A stretch of DNA of 64,000 nucleotides from Patescibacteria group bacterium. Its GTDB lineage: Bacteria; Patescibacteriota; Microgenomatia; UBA1400; PJMF01. This document shows positions 26,694-36,981 of this stretch, piece after piece. The notes below the pieces were generated by a model that saw only the letters and a list, made by a program, of their open reading frames with translations, searched no databases and was not told the origin of the DNA. The stretch is from contig JAHDXH010000001.1 of NCBI GenBank assembly GCA_023382875.1, positions 95,527 through 159,526 on the forward strand, read 5' to 3'. Position numbers and translations under genes: made by a program. Numbering within the stretch: the stretch's first letter is position 1; each line of letters starts with the position of its first letter.

Positions 26694-27902
26694 ATGAGAA
26701 AGTTGGTTGTTATCTTGCTAATTGGTGTTTTTTATTTTGGCTGTGTGGATTTAATCTCAGCTCAAGTAATTATTAATGAGGTTTATCCTCAACCACTTAG
26801 TGGTGAGTTAGAGTGGGTGGAGTTAAAAAATTCTTCTAGTGTTTCTGCTTTTCTAAATGGTTGGGTTTTGGAAGATATGCTCAGTTCTCCCAAAACTATT
26901 TATTCATTTGGCTTACTTGAGATTTTACCTAACCAGTTTTTTGTTGCTACCTTTTCTGGTCAGTTGAATAATAATGCCGATGGGGTGGTTTTGAGAGATT
27001 CATCGGGCAATATTATTTCTCAAATGAGTTATAGCTCAAGCTATTCAGGACTCAGTTGGCAGCTAGACAACCAAGGTACTTTTATTTCTGAGAGCCCGAC
27101 TAAGGGTGCAGAAAATTCTGTGGCGGAATTAGCGCCCACGCCTTCGCCGACTCTGCAACCTTCTGCAAGCCCTTTGCCCACTCCATCGCCATCGCCATCG
27201 CCTACTCCTTCACCAGCAACTAGTTTGGTTTCAATAGACAAGATTCGTCAATTGCAGCTCCTGAAAGTTTCTAGTTGCCCCAAAAGCGGTAATGAATGGC
27301 TGGAGTGGCTAAATACTGGTGAAGAAAAACTTCTTGCGACTTTGATGATTAAAGATTTGCAAGCCAATAATTTATCAGTCAGTATTGAAGTTGAACCAGG
27401 TAAAAAGGTAATTACCAATTTGTCTCGTCACATTTTCAATAACAGTGGAGATGAATTATTTGTTTATTTTAACGATCAATTATTGGTAAATAAAAATCTA
27501 CCAAGTTGTGAAACTGCAGACACAATTTTTTCATTTTCGTCCGATTTTAATTGGCCAATTGAAGAAGTGATTGAAAATGATGACTATGTTGCTCTTAGTA
27601 CTTCTAGTCCAGGCTTAGATATCCAAGCAAAAACCGCTATTACACAACCAGAAGCCAGCAAAAAGCTAACAAAAAAGCCTAATTTTTTATTACCGACTTT
27701 GGAAAGTTTTCCGACTTCTGCTAGTGGAGTGGCAGCAAAATTACCTGAAAGCAGCCGAGTTTTGGGATCAACAATCAATGAAGATTTAGACAGTATTTTT
27801 CAGTTTAGGTGGTTTTTGATCTGCGGTGGGTTTTTATGGACAGGTCTGGGTATAATAGAAATCTATGGAGCAGTTTTCTCTCAAAATAAAGCTGTGGGTT
27901 AA
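26694..27902 (+). CDS. Lamin-tail-domain surface protein with PT/PS linker and C-terminal TM
   Basis: VIINEVYP..EWVELKN, LNNNADGV, second degenerate LTD (NEWLEWLN, FNNSGD), PSPTPSP repeats. Confidence 0.8.
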   Translation: MRKLVVILLIGVFYFGCVDLISAQVIINEVYPQPLSGELEWVELKNSSSVSAFLNGWVLEDMLSSPKTIYSFGLLEILPNQFFVATFSGQLNNNADGVVLRDSSGNIISQMSYSSSYSGLSWQLDNQGTFISESPTKGAENSVAELAPTPSPTLQPSASPLPTPSPSPSPTPSPATSLVSIDKIRQLQLLKVSSCPKSGNEWLEWLNTGEEKLLATLMIKDLQANNLSVSIEVEPGKKVITNLSRHIFNNSGDELFVYFNDQLLVNKNLPSCETADTIFSFSSDFNWPIEEVIENDDYVALSTSSPGLDIQAKTAITQPEASKKLTKKPNFLLPTLESFPTSASGVAAKLPESSRVLGSTINEDLDSIFQFRWFLICGGFLWTGLGIIEIYGAVFSQNKAVG

Positions 27903-28254
27903 AGCTTTTTTACCAGCCATTGTTTGGGCGATGGTGATTTTTACCCTTTCTTCTCAGCCAACTTTGCCTGGTTTTGAATCAGGATTTTTTGATTTTATTC
28001 TCAAAAAATCTGCACACATGTTTGTTTATGCAGTGCTTTATTTATTGATTGCTAGAGGTGTAGAAATGGTTGAACCAACTAGGGCAAAAAAAAGCTGGTT
28101 GGTTTTTTTACCACTTTTGATTGTGCTTTTTTATGCCATCAGTGATGAGTTTCATCAGTCTTTAGTTCCCAATCGATATCCTACATTTAGAGATATTGGT
28201 TATGATATACTAGGTGCTTCGTTAATGTTCTTTAGAAAGTATAAATACATTTAA
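27865..28254 (+). CDS. VanZ family protein
   Basis: KSAHMFVY, DEFHQSLVPNR..D. Confidence 0.88.
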   Translation: MEQFSLKIKLWVKAFLPAIVWAMVIFTLSSQPTLPGFESGFFDFILKKSAHMFVYAVLYLLIARGVEMVEPTRAKKSWLVFLPLLIVLFYAISDEFHQSLVPNRYPTFRDIGYDILGASLMFFRKYKYI

Positions 28255-28357
28255 ACATCAAGAAAATATGACTTGCGCCCAATTTTTCTTGTGATATTAT
28301 CTTTATCACCCCTTTTAACTAGAGTTAAAAATTAGTAGTAAGTTATTAGAGTTTCAT

Positions 28358-28633
28358 ATGACTAAATCACAACTCATTAACATCGTGGCTAAGAAAGCCC
28401 ACCTTACCAAGAGAGCCTCTGAAGAAGCAATCGAATCATTGTTCGAAGAAGTTACAAGAGCTTTGAACAAAGGCGAAAAAGTCGTTCTTTCTGGATTTGG
28501 TACTTTCTATGTCAGCAATGTCAAAGATAAGCAAGTCGTTCCATTTGGCGACGAAGCAAAAAGACAAACTATCAAAGGTCACAAAGTGGTCAACTTCAGA
28601 GTTGGTAAACCTCTTAAGAGAAACGTTTGGTAA
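28358..28633 (+). CDS. hup: HU family DNA-binding protein
   Basis: MTKSQLI, GEKVVLSGFGTF, VNFRVGKPLK. Confidence 0.9.
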   Translation: MTKSQLINIVAKKAHLTKRASEEAIESLFEEVTRALNKGEKVVLSGFGTFYVSNVKDKQVVPFGDEAKRQTIKGHKVVNFRVGKPLKRNVW

Positions 28634-28665
28634 TCGTCAAAGTTAACGAATTTTAAAAGCTCAGT

Positions 28666-28962
28666 CTATGACTGGGCTTTTTTGTTTGATCTTTGACGAG
28701 GTGGTCTGTCGATTTTGTAAATTGAATCAAGACCTTTTCTTTTGATATGCTGTGCCATTTTCATGGAATCAGCCATGGTGACGATCACGCCAGTTTTCCA
28801 GATGATGCTAGCAAGTAATCTCAGTTCGTTATGCTCATCCCAACGCCTAATTTCACCCCAGTTGGTTTTTAGGGCAATAATGACAGCGATCGAATCAGGA
28901 ATATCGAAAGAAACCAGTTCTTGAAAAAAATCTTGCTGTTCTCTATTGAGGTGGTCGGCCAT
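28666..28962 (-). CDS. Hypothetical protein
   Basis: 98-aa ORF filling the gap; TAAAAT 6 nt before ATG. Confidence 0.6.
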   Translation of the reverse strand: MADHLNREQQDFFQELVSFDIPDSIAVIIALKTNWGEIRRWDEHNELRLLASIIWKTGVIVTMADSMKMAQHIKRKGLDSIYKIDRPPRQRSNKKAQS

Positions 28963-29007
28963 AAAATGATTTTAACCATTTTTTCTTGGGATAGTAAAGA
29001 AGAAGGG

Positions 29008-29769
29008 CTAAATTAGCTGGAAGATCAAGAGAGCTGAACCTAAAATTACACAATACCAGCCAAAGAAAGCAAAGTTGGCTTTATCGACGACGAATTTAAG
29101 TAATCTCAAGCTAAGTAAGCCAGTAATAGTGGCTGCTAAGCCGCCAATTAAGTACAGTCCGACATTTACACTTCCAAGTCCAGTGCCTTGCATTAAGTCT
29201 AATCCTTGAAGAATTACCGCTCCCAAAATAGCTGGTATTGCCAAGAAAAAGGAAAACTTAAAAGTTGATTGCTTGTCCATTTTTTGTGCTAACCCACTCA
29301 TCATGGTTGAGCCAGATCTGGATAAGCCTGGCATAATAGCACTAGCTTGGAGAGTGCCAATTACTAAAGCTTTTTTCCAGTTAACCTTGCTGAAATTTTC
29401 TGGCGGATGAGTCATGAAGTAATGAGAAATAAAATTGAAAATTCCAGATAAAATTAAAAACAAGCCTACATAAATAGCGGAATGCATTAATGCTTCAAGC
29501 CAATCCTTGACCCAAAGTCCCATGACAACTGCAGGTAACGTGCCAATCCCCACCAAAAACCAATCTTTAATTTTCAAAGTCCACAAGTCTTTCCAAAAAA
29601 AGATGATGACAGCGACTAAAGTTGCTAGGTGTAAAAAAACATCAAAGGACAAAACTTCTGTTAGCCCAAAAAATTGTTGAGCGATTGAAAGATGGCCATC
29701 ACTAGAAATCGGTAAAAACTCAGTCACTCCTTGGATGACTCCAAGAATAATAGCTTGAAAATAATTCAT
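29008..29769 (-). CDS. uppP: Undecaprenyl-diphosphate phosphatase (BacA)
   Basis: QGVTEFLPISSDGHL, PGLSRSGST. Confidence 0.95.
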   Translation of the reverse strand: MNYFQAIILGVIQGVTEFLPISSDGHLSIAQQFFGLTEVLSFDVFLHLATLVAVIIFFWKDLWTLKIKDWFLVGIGTLPAVVMGLWVKDWLEALMHSAIYVGLFLILSGIFNFISHYFMTHPPENFSKVNWKKALVIGTLQASAIMPGLSRSGSTMMSGLAQKMDKQSTFKFSFFLAIPAILGAVILQGLDLMQGTGLGSVNVGLYLIGGLAATITGLLSLRLLKFVVDKANFAFFGWYCVILGSALLIFQLI

Positions 29770-29771
29770 AG

Positions 29772-30455
29772 TTATTTGTTTGAAAGATTATCTTTGTAGT
29801 ATCCCTCAAGGAGTTTCTTGACCAGATCTTTACCACCTAACCCCAGTGATAATCCCAAGCCCAGTGATACTGCCCCAACAAAACCAACGAATAAAATCAA
29901 AATAAACTCACTGGCTATTCCAAGCTCAGAAACGCTGATTAAAAGACCGACGATCATGACTAAGTAACTCGAGATTTTGCCCAAAGCTCTTCCAGTTTTT
30001 GGATCGATACTCTTGATTGAACCTTTGACTAAGCTTTCGACCAAGCCAGCCAATAAAACAGCAAAGAATAAAATAATTACTGAAGAAAGAATATTGGGAA
30101 TGAAACTTAAAATTCTTTCTAGAATTGAAGAGAGTGAAGTCAAACCTAAGATAGCAATGCTAGTTTGAATGATGACTAGCATGATTAGCCAGTACACGAT
30201 TGAGCCACAAACTTGTTCAATTCTTCTACTAACTTCAGTATTTTCTAAGAAATGCTCAATAGGTGTATTGCTTAAGGCTTTGGAAAGTTTGATGGCGTCA
30301 AGAGATTTGACTACTAAGTGACGAATAGTTTTGGCAACAGCAGTGCCTAAAATAAAAACAGCCAATGCGGCGGCAATCTTAGGTAGATAGACTGAAAATT
30401 CAGCTAAGGTTTGTAGAAAAATAATGGACAGTGATTGATAGGCGTTTTCCCACAT
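29772..30455 (-). CDS. Conserved TM-helix repeat protein (CmpX/MscS-associated)
   Basis: YLPKIAAA and FIPNILSS repeats, GLSLGLGGKD end. Confidence 0.75.
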   Translation of the reverse strand: MWENAYQSLSIIFLQTLAEFSVYLPKIAAALAVFILGTAVAKTIRHLVVKSLDAIKLSKALSNTPIEHFLENTEVSRRIEQVCGSIVYWLIMLVIIQTSIAILGLTSLSSILERILSFIPNILSSVIILFFAVLLAGLVESLVKGSIKSIDPKTGRALGKISSYLVMIVGLLISVSELGIASEFILILFVGFVGAVSLGLGLSLGLGGKDLVKKLLEGYYKDNLSNK

Positions 30456-30461
30456 ATGGCA

Positions 30462-32138
30462 TTAATTATACTGATTTTCAAAGATTTTATAAGTGCGCGT
30501 TTGTTTCACTAATTTAAAAGTCTGAATAAACTCTCTTTCATTAGCCTTCCAGACTGCTCTTTCGTTGTCACCTATTACAAGATAATCTATGTTGTATTTT
30601 TGTAAAAAACCAAGATGCTCTTGGGGGTTTTTATAAAAGTCAGTGACATCTTGTTCAATTTCTTTGTAATCATAGCCATGAGTCCATAGCCAGCCACGGT
30701 AAGTTAAAATTGTTTGTCTACCAGTAAGATTAAAAACAGGATGATTGTGCTTGTCACCAGTCAGCCAAATACTATTTTTTGCAGTATTATTTTTGATCCA
30801 TTCGACTAGTTCTAGTTCTTCTTTTGAGTACATGACATGACTATGTAGGTCGTGTCTGATGATGTAATGAAGGTCCATTGCGCCGCTTAAAATGGTTGTA
30901 AAAAATATGCCACCAATTATTAAAAATTTGAGTGGGTTTAAATAATGAAGATCGGCTCTCTTTTGCCAAATAGCTTGAAAAACATAGATAACTAAATAAG
31001 AAAAGCCCAATGATGACCAAACAAAAAGTTTGGTGTTATCCCACGCAAAGGGCTGGAATAAGAATAAATTGGCAATAATAAAAATGAAAACAAAGGGAGA
31101 AAAAACCAAAATATGTTTGAGGTTTTTTTTGGCGATTAAGAAAAAACCTAGGAATGATAACCACGGGACAAAAAGCCAGTTTCTAAACCAAAAATCCAAC
31201 CAATTCATTTTATAATCTTTGGCTAGCCAGCCAGGGAAAAATTGTGAAAAACCATGGTCGACTTGATTGAAGAAATAGTATGCGATCAGGGGAAAGCTGA
31301 TAATCCCCGTTAAGCCGGCTAAAGTTAACCATGAGGGCAGTCTTTCCCTGATTTTATTTTTATTATTCAGCAAATCTTCCAAAGACCAAAAACTTAAAAT
31401 AATAAAAGCTGCCAAGAATGAGTGGGTATGAATAATGGGCATTAAGCCCAAAATAATGGCTGAAACAAATATTTTCCATTTTTGATGATTATTTTTGGCA
31501 AAAAAATATTGGTAGATAAAAGTAAGGGCTAAAACTGTCAAGGGAAAGCCAAGTAAAAATGCCCGTTGAGGGATCATCATGCTGTCAACAACGCTGATCC
31601 ATTTGATTTGGTATTGATCATATCTAGTGACTTCGTGAAGGGGGTTGATAAGTAGTTCAACGAAAGATTTGCCGCCAAGATTGTCTTTGAAGTAGTAATA
31701 AAAACCCAGTCCGCCATTGAGAAGAAAAACCAGTGAGCTAAGAACAGCCTTTTTCTCAGATTTCCAAAGATTCAAAAAAAAGTAATAAATTGCCCAAACG
31801 AAAAAAACTGATAGTAAGAAGCTTGGCACGAGAAAACTGTAAATTAAGTCACCAGAAAAACGATAAAAAATAGCGCTAAGTTGGTCGGCCATGAATGGAT
31901 AGCTAAATTTCGCACCGATTAAAAATGGACTTTCAGTCAAGAAAAGTCCCCTATTTTCCATGGCTGTTGCCATTGTAAAGTGGGCAGCCCAGTCACCCCA
32001 AATATTTACGTGTCCAGCAAATAAATTGCCGGTTTTGTCAATAAAAATAGCTTTTGACCAAAATAAGAGAAAATATAAAAACCAAAAACCAAAAAATAGT
32101 TTAGTTAAAATTGAGATTTTAGGGTTGAATTTGGGCAT
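30462..32138 (-). CDS. Polytopic membrane protein, GT-C-like
   Basis: WGDWAAH first loop, YPF, PQRA, WDNTK, LTGR, YLVIG. Confidence 0.65.
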   Translation of the reverse strand: MPKFNPKISILTKLFFGFWFLYFLLFWSKAIFIDKTGNLFAGHVNIWGDWAAHFTMATAMENRGLFLTESPFLIGAKFSYPFMADQLSAIFYRFSGDLIYSFLVPSFLLSVFFVWAIYYFFLNLWKSEKKAVLSSLVFLLNGGLGFYYYFKDNLGGKSFVELLINPLHEVTRYDQYQIKWISVVDSMMIPQRAFLLGFPLTVLALTFIYQYFFAKNNHQKWKIFVSAIILGLMPIIHTHSFLAAFIILSFWSLEDLLNNKNKIRERLPSWLTLAGLTGIISFPLIAYYFFNQVDHGFSQFFPGWLAKDYKMNWLDFWFRNWLFVPWLSFLGFFLIAKKNLKHILVFSPFVFIFIIANLFLFQPFAWDNTKLFVWSSLGFSYLVIYVFQAIWQKRADLHYLNPLKFLIIGGIFFTTILSGAMDLHYIIRHDLHSHVMYSKEELELVEWIKNNTAKNSIWLTGDKHNHPVFNLTGRQTILTYRGWLWTHGYDYKEIEQDVTDFYKNPQEHLGFLQKYNIDYLVIGDNERAVWKANEREFIQTFKLVKQTRTYKIFENQYN

Positions 32139-33099
32139 ATTGGGTACTGACCCAACCTTGTTTACTTCCAATCTCTAATTTTAACCAACTTGCTGTTTGC
32201 TCTTCAAGGTACGGATACTCTTTTCCTGATTCTGCTAATCCGATAACGGCAGCGCCAGAATTGGCGGCAGCTCTAACTTTGACTACTTCTTTGCCATTTT
32301 CAATATAGCCTGTCGATTTGATCAGAACTTTTTTGCCAGATAAGTCGATGTTTGAGGGAGCTTTTCTGAGTGGTACGGGGCTGCTAGCCATGGCGCCAGA
32401 AGTTGTGGCTACACCCTGGACACTACCTGATGGGCTGGCGTTTTCATTAAGGGTTTTGTGTTCGATAGTGGGCGAAGGACTAGGATTGGGTTGGGTGACT
32501 GGAACTACTTCTTCCTCGATGACGTTGTCTTTGGCTAATTTCACCAAAATATTAAGTCTGAAGCCTTTGTCTAAATTAATTGTGTGCTGCTGAGTAACAT
32601 AAGATGGCAAAGTGGCTTCAAATTCATGATGTCCAGGTTGTTCATTTTCAGAGGTGAAAGGGGCAAATTCTTTGTTGCCATTATCGATACTAATAATGGC
32701 TCCATCAGGAATACTCATGACGGAAATTTCTGTTTTATTGCGATCTGCTAGTTTTTCTAACTCGTAGATTACTCCACCGCTTTCAGCTAAGGTTTTGCCT
32801 GGGGTCCAAGTTACAACACTCAACATGCCTTTTCTTAATTTGATCGAAGTTTCGTATGGAACCAACTGATTGTTTTCGGGCTCAATTTTGATGGTGTAGT
32901 CGCCTGGTTTTAAATCTTTGGTCAGAAAGGGTGTTTTACCTAAAAACTGATCATTAAGAAAAATAGAAACCGGTACATCATTAGTAATGACTTGGAGTCC
33001 AGCTTTGTTTTTTAACTCTAGTGGATTGCAGGCACTAAAAAAGAAAACACTAAACAGCAAAATAGGAAGGAAACGCAGTTTACTGATCAAGGTCTTCAT
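32119..33099 (-). CDS. PEGA-domain lipoprotein with C-terminal SH3b domain
   Basis: Lipobox FSAC, LGKTP and SIPDGA PEGA motifs, VKVR..W..GWVS. Confidence 0.82.
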   Translation of the reverse strand: MKTLISKLRFLPILLFSVFFFSACNPLELKNKAGLQVITNDVPVSIFLNDQFLGKTPFLTKDLKPGDYTIKIEPENNQLVPYETSIKLRKGMLSVVTWTPGKTLAESGGVIYELEKLADRNKTEISVMSIPDGAIISIDNGNKEFAPFTSENEQPGHHEFEATLPSYVTQQHTINLDKGFRLNILVKLAKDNVIEEEVVPVTQPNPSPSPTIEHKTLNENASPSGSVQGVATTSGAMASSPVPLRKAPSNIDLSGKKVLIKSTGYIENGKEVVKVRAAANSGAAVIGLAESGKEYPYLEEQTASWLKLEIGSKQGWVSTQYAQIQP

Positions 33100-33108
33100 G
33101 ACCTTAGT

Positions 33109-35592
33109 TTAACACAATGCCACTTTGAGCACTTGATCAACGTGATCAGCTGGAACAAATTTCACATTGTCTTTGACTGACTTTGGAATATCCTCTAAAT
33201 CGCGTAAGTTATCCTTGGGAATAATCACAATTTGACTGCCAGCGCGATGAGCAGCAATCGCCTTTTCTTTAAGTCCGCCAATTCTTAGAACTCGGCCTCT
33301 TAAAGTTACTTCGCCAGTCATGGCAACAGTTTTTCTGACCGGAGTTTTGGTAAAGGCAGACACAATGGCTGTGGTAATAGTGACACCAGCAGATGGACCA
33401 TCTTTTGGTACAGCACCCTCAGGAACGTGAATGTGGATGTTACTTTTATCAATTTTACTGGGCAAAATGCCTAATTTTTTGGCATTGGCTTGAACATAGG
33501 TCAAAGCTGCTTGAGCAGATTCCTTCATCACATCACCAAGTTTGCCGGTTAATTTAATTTGACCTTTTCCAGGTGTTAGAGCGACTTCAACAAATAAGAC
33601 GTCTCCGCCAACGCTGGTCCAAGCTAGGCCAGTTGCTAAGCCGACCTGATTGGTTTTTTCAGTCAGGGTTTCATCATAATCTTCTGGACCTAAGTACTCG
33701 CGAACTTTTTCTGGAGTAATAGTTAAAAGTTTTTTGGTAACTTTTTTGGTCAACAATTCCCTAGCTAATTTTCTGGTGATTTTGCTGAGGTTTCTTTCTA
33801 GATCACGAACACCAGCTTCTCTGGTATATCGAGAAATTACTTTTTCAACAGCATCATCTTGGAAAACAATTGATTTGTCGCTAAGACCATTGGCTTTGAG
33901 AACTTTTTCCAATAAATGGTCTTTGGCAATGAAGAATTTTTCTTCGCTGGTGTAACCAGTATAAGGAATAATTTCCAAGCGGTCTCTCAAAGCGGGTGGG
34001 ATAGTTTCCAGATTATTAGCTGTAGTAATGAATAAAACCTGAGACAAATCAAAAGGAACGTCTAAATAGTGATCTTCAAAGCCAAAGTTTTGTTCTGGGT
34101 CTAAAGCTTCGAGTAAAGCCGATGATGGGTCGCCTTTATAATCAGAAGCCAATTTATCAACCTCATCGAGCATAAAAACCGGGTTCATGGTGCCAGCTTG
34201 TTTGATGCCATTGATAATACGTCCTGGCATGGCGCCAACGTAAGTACGGCGGTGACCTCTAATTTCAGCCTCATCGCGAACACCACCCAAAGAAACTTTG
34301 GTGAATTTGCGACCTAAAGCTTCAGCAACTGATCGACCAATACTAGTTTTACCCACACCCGGTGGTCCCACAAAACAAAGAATGGTAGGAATAGTTTGGT
34401 CAGCTTTGTCTGAGCTTTTTTCTAGATTTTGTTTGTGTTGCAAAACAGCGATAAATTCTAAAATTCTTTCTTTAACCTTTGGTAATCCATAGTGGTTTTT
34501 GGCCAGAATTTTTTCGGCTTTGCCGATGTCGTAGTTACCCTTACTAAGTTTGCCCCATGGTAATTCAAAGAAGGCATCTAGCCAACTTCTTAAGTAGCCA
34601 GTTTCAGGATTATAGGGAGACATTTGTCTCATTTTCTTGATTTCCTTGGCTACCTTTTCTTTGATTTCAGGAGTGCATTTGAGCTTGCGAAGTTTTTTAT
34701 CGTATTCGTCAGCCATTTCTGCTTCATCTTCAACTTCACCGAGTTCTTTTTGAATAGTTCTTAATCTTTCGCGAAGAACATTTTCGCGCATGGCTTGACT
34801 CATTTTGGTTTGAGTTTTGTTGACCACGTCTTTTTCAATTTTCAAAATTTCGATTTCGTGTGACAAGCGAGCAGCAACCAATCTCATTCTTTCTTTAACA
34901 TCTAGGGTCTCCAGGATTTTTTGTTTTTCCTTGGTGGAATTGGTGAGAGTACTGGCGATTTGATCTGTTAATTCGCTTTCGGTGGCTCCACTCATTAATT
35001 TCATGAAGCTTAAAAATTCCACACTTCTGCCCATTTGAATAGAGTTGTGGAATTCTTGTTGTAAGTGTTTAGCCAAAGCTTCTGATTCTGAGTCCTTGTT
35101 CAAAACTTCTTTAAGAACTTTGATTTTTCCATAAAAAGGTGAGGTTTGAGTAAATTCGATAATTCCGACTCTTTCAATACCTCTAGCCAAAACATTGAGC
35201 TGTGTTGTGGTATCTAGCGCTCTCTCTAAAGTGGCAAGGGTTCCAACCATGTACAAATCATCGACAGTTGGCTCTTCAAGGTTGGATCTTTTTTGAGTGA
35301 CCAAAACCACGAGCTTGCTACCCTTTAATGCTTTGCGAACCGATTTTTGAGACAGTTTTCTACCAAAAGTTAAAACTGATTCAGTGCTTGGATATAAAAC
35401 ACCTTCCTTGATAGGAATAATAGGTAAGATAGCTTCTTCAATAGCACCTAAATCAAGCTTAGTTGGCTGGGGTTTGCCAAAGAGATTTTGTGTCATTTTC
35501 TCGAGTTCAGCAATTTCTTGATCAATATCAAGAGTTGAGTCTTTCGCCAATTCGTCTTGAGGTGGTTTTTCAGAGTGATCTTGATTAGTCAT
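33109..35592 (-). CDS. lon: ATP-dependent protease La
   Basis: GPPGVGKT, RGHRRTYVGAMPG, PKDGPSAG, IGGLKEK. Confidence 0.97.
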   Translation of the reverse strand: MTNQDHSEKPPQDELAKDSTLDIDQEIAELEKMTQNLFGKPQPTKLDLGAIEEAILPIIPIKEGVLYPSTESVLTFGRKLSQKSVRKALKGSKLVVLVTQKRSNLEEPTVDDLYMVGTLATLERALDTTTQLNVLARGIERVGIIEFTQTSPFYGKIKVLKEVLNKDSESEALAKHLQQEFHNSIQMGRSVEFLSFMKLMSGATESELTDQIASTLTNSTKEKQKILETLDVKERMRLVAARLSHEIEILKIEKDVVNKTQTKMSQAMRENVLRERLRTIQKELGEVEDEAEMADEYDKKLRKLKCTPEIKEKVAKEIKKMRQMSPYNPETGYLRSWLDAFFELPWGKLSKGNYDIGKAEKILAKNHYGLPKVKERILEFIAVLQHKQNLEKSSDKADQTIPTILCFVGPPGVGKTSIGRSVAEALGRKFTKVSLGGVRDEAEIRGHRRTYVGAMPGRIINGIKQAGTMNPVFMLDEVDKLASDYKGDPSSALLEALDPEQNFGFEDHYLDVPFDLSQVLFITTANNLETIPPALRDRLEIIPYTGYTSEEKFFIAKDHLLEKVLKANGLSDKSIVFQDDAVEKVISRYTREAGVRDLERNLSKITRKLARELLTKKVTKKLLTITPEKVREYLGPEDYDETLTEKTNQVGLATGLAWTSVGGDVLFVEVALTPGKGQIKLTGKLGDVMKESAQAALTYVQANAKKLGILPSKIDKSNIHIHVPEGAVPKDGPSAGVTITTAIVSAFTKTPVRKTVAMTGEVTLRGRVLRIGGLKEKAIAAHRAGSQIVIIPKDNLRDLEDIPKSVKDNVKFVPADHVDQVLKVALC

Positions 35593-35695
35593 AGGTTTTT
35601 CTAAGTTAGGTTAGCATTGTAGCTTGATGAGTGCTAAACATCAAGAGGAAAGTTGCTCGAGTAGTTCAAATTAAACTGCAGTAAAATATCTTTCA

Positions 35696-35878
35696 ATGAA
35701 AGATAAAGATTTTATTAGTTTGTTGCAAGATCAAGCCCAAAAGCAATCGATGCTCAATACCAAAAGGATTTTGCCAAAAAAAATGGATGCGATTACTTCT
35801 TTTGTTGGCAATTATTCTTGGCAAGTTATTTTAGTTATCTCATTGGTCGGCGCGATGATTTGGCAGTGGTGGTCGTAG
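35696..35878 (+). CDS. Small hypothetical membrane protein
   Basis: 60 aa with C-terminal TM; TAAAAT -10 upstream; fills the gap. Confidence 0.6.
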   Translation: MKDKDFISLLQDQAQKQSMLNTKRILPKKMDAITSFVGNYSWQVILVISLVGAMIWQWWS

Positions 35879-35880
35879 GT

Positions 35881-36972
35881 TTAAAGTTTTATTTCTTCAA
35901 AAATAAACTTATCAAGGTCTCCATCTAAGGTACTAGCCGTATCACTAGTTTCTACATCGGTTCTTGTATCCTTAACTAGATGATAGGGATGTAAAACGTA
36001 GTTTCTAATTTGATTGCCCCAGCTAGCGTTAACATGAACACCTTTTTCTTTGGCTAGGTCTGCCTGACGTTTTTCTTCATCTAAGAGCGCTAATTTGGCG
36101 CGCAGAATTTTCATGGCCTTTTCTTTATTTTGAGATTGTTTTCTTTCTTCACGGCACTTAACCACAATCCCAGTAGGAATGTGAGTTAGTTCGACGGCAG
36201 AGTTAACTTTGTTAACGTTTTGACCTCCAGCACCACCAGCACGAGTAAAATTCCATTCAAGATCTGTTTCTTTGATTTCAATCTCTGCCTCGTCTTCAAT
36301 CATGGGTAAAACTTCAACTAAAGCAAAAGAGGTTTGACGAAGATTATCAGCATTAAAAGGACTTTGTCTGACGAGACGATGTGTGCCGGCTTCATTTTTT
36401 AAGTAACCGTAAGCATAGGGGGCCATGACTTCATATGAAGCTTCTTTAATACCCGCGGTTTCTCCAGCAATGTGACTGGTTAATAAATTTTTCCAACCTT
36501 TTCTTTCAAAATAACGCATGTACATGCGTGACAACATAGAAGCCCAGTCCATAGCTTCAGTACCACCTTGTCCAGGATGAATAGAAACAATTGCTCCAAA
36601 TTTGTCATATCTACCATTGAGAAATTGAGAAAGTTCGAGCCTATTAATTAATTTTTTATAACGTTTTAATTCGACGGCCAGCTCGTTTTCTAGGTCGCTA
36701 TTATCTCCACCAACTTCATCGATTAATTCGACGATTCCCATAATATTTTCACCAGCAGTTAAAGTATCTTCGATTTGTTTGACTTCTTCTTTTTTGATAC
36801 CAATATCTTGCATAATGGCTTGGGCCGAGCTTGATTGCCAAAAGTCTGGAACAAAAGTTTGTTTTTCTAAATCACTGAGTTCATTTTTCAAACTGGCTAA
36901 GCTTAGATTTTCTAGCAGCTGTTCGGCTTTGCTGGTTAAGGTTGAGACTTCATCTTTGAGAGCTTGATTCAT
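35881..36972 (-). CDS. prfB: Peptide chain release factor 2
   Basis: SPF tripeptide, GGQ motif, WGNQIR; single uninterrupted frame. Confidence 0.96.
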   Translation of the reverse strand: MNQALKDEVSTLTSKAEQLLENLSLASLKNELSDLEKQTFVPDFWQSSSAQAIMQDIGIKKEEVKQIEDTLTAGENIMGIVELIDEVGGDNSDLENELAVELKRYKKLINRLELSQFLNGRYDKFGAIVSIHPGQGGTEAMDWASMLSRMYMRYFERKGWKNLLTSHIAGETAGIKEASYEVMAPYAYGYLKNEAGTHRLVRQSPFNADNLRQTSFALVEVLPMIEDEAEIEIKETDLEWNFTRAGGAGGQNVNKVNSAVELTHIPTGIVVKCREERKQSQNKEKAMKILRAKLALLDEEKRQADLAKEKGVHVNASWGNQIRNYVLHPYHLVKDTRTDVETSDTASTLDGDLDKFIFEEIKL

Positions 36973-36981
36973 GGTGGTTGA

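Noticed and set aside
27130-27215. CCATCG-like tandem repeats
   Set aside because: Ordinary Pro-Ser/Pro-Thr linker in a surface protein
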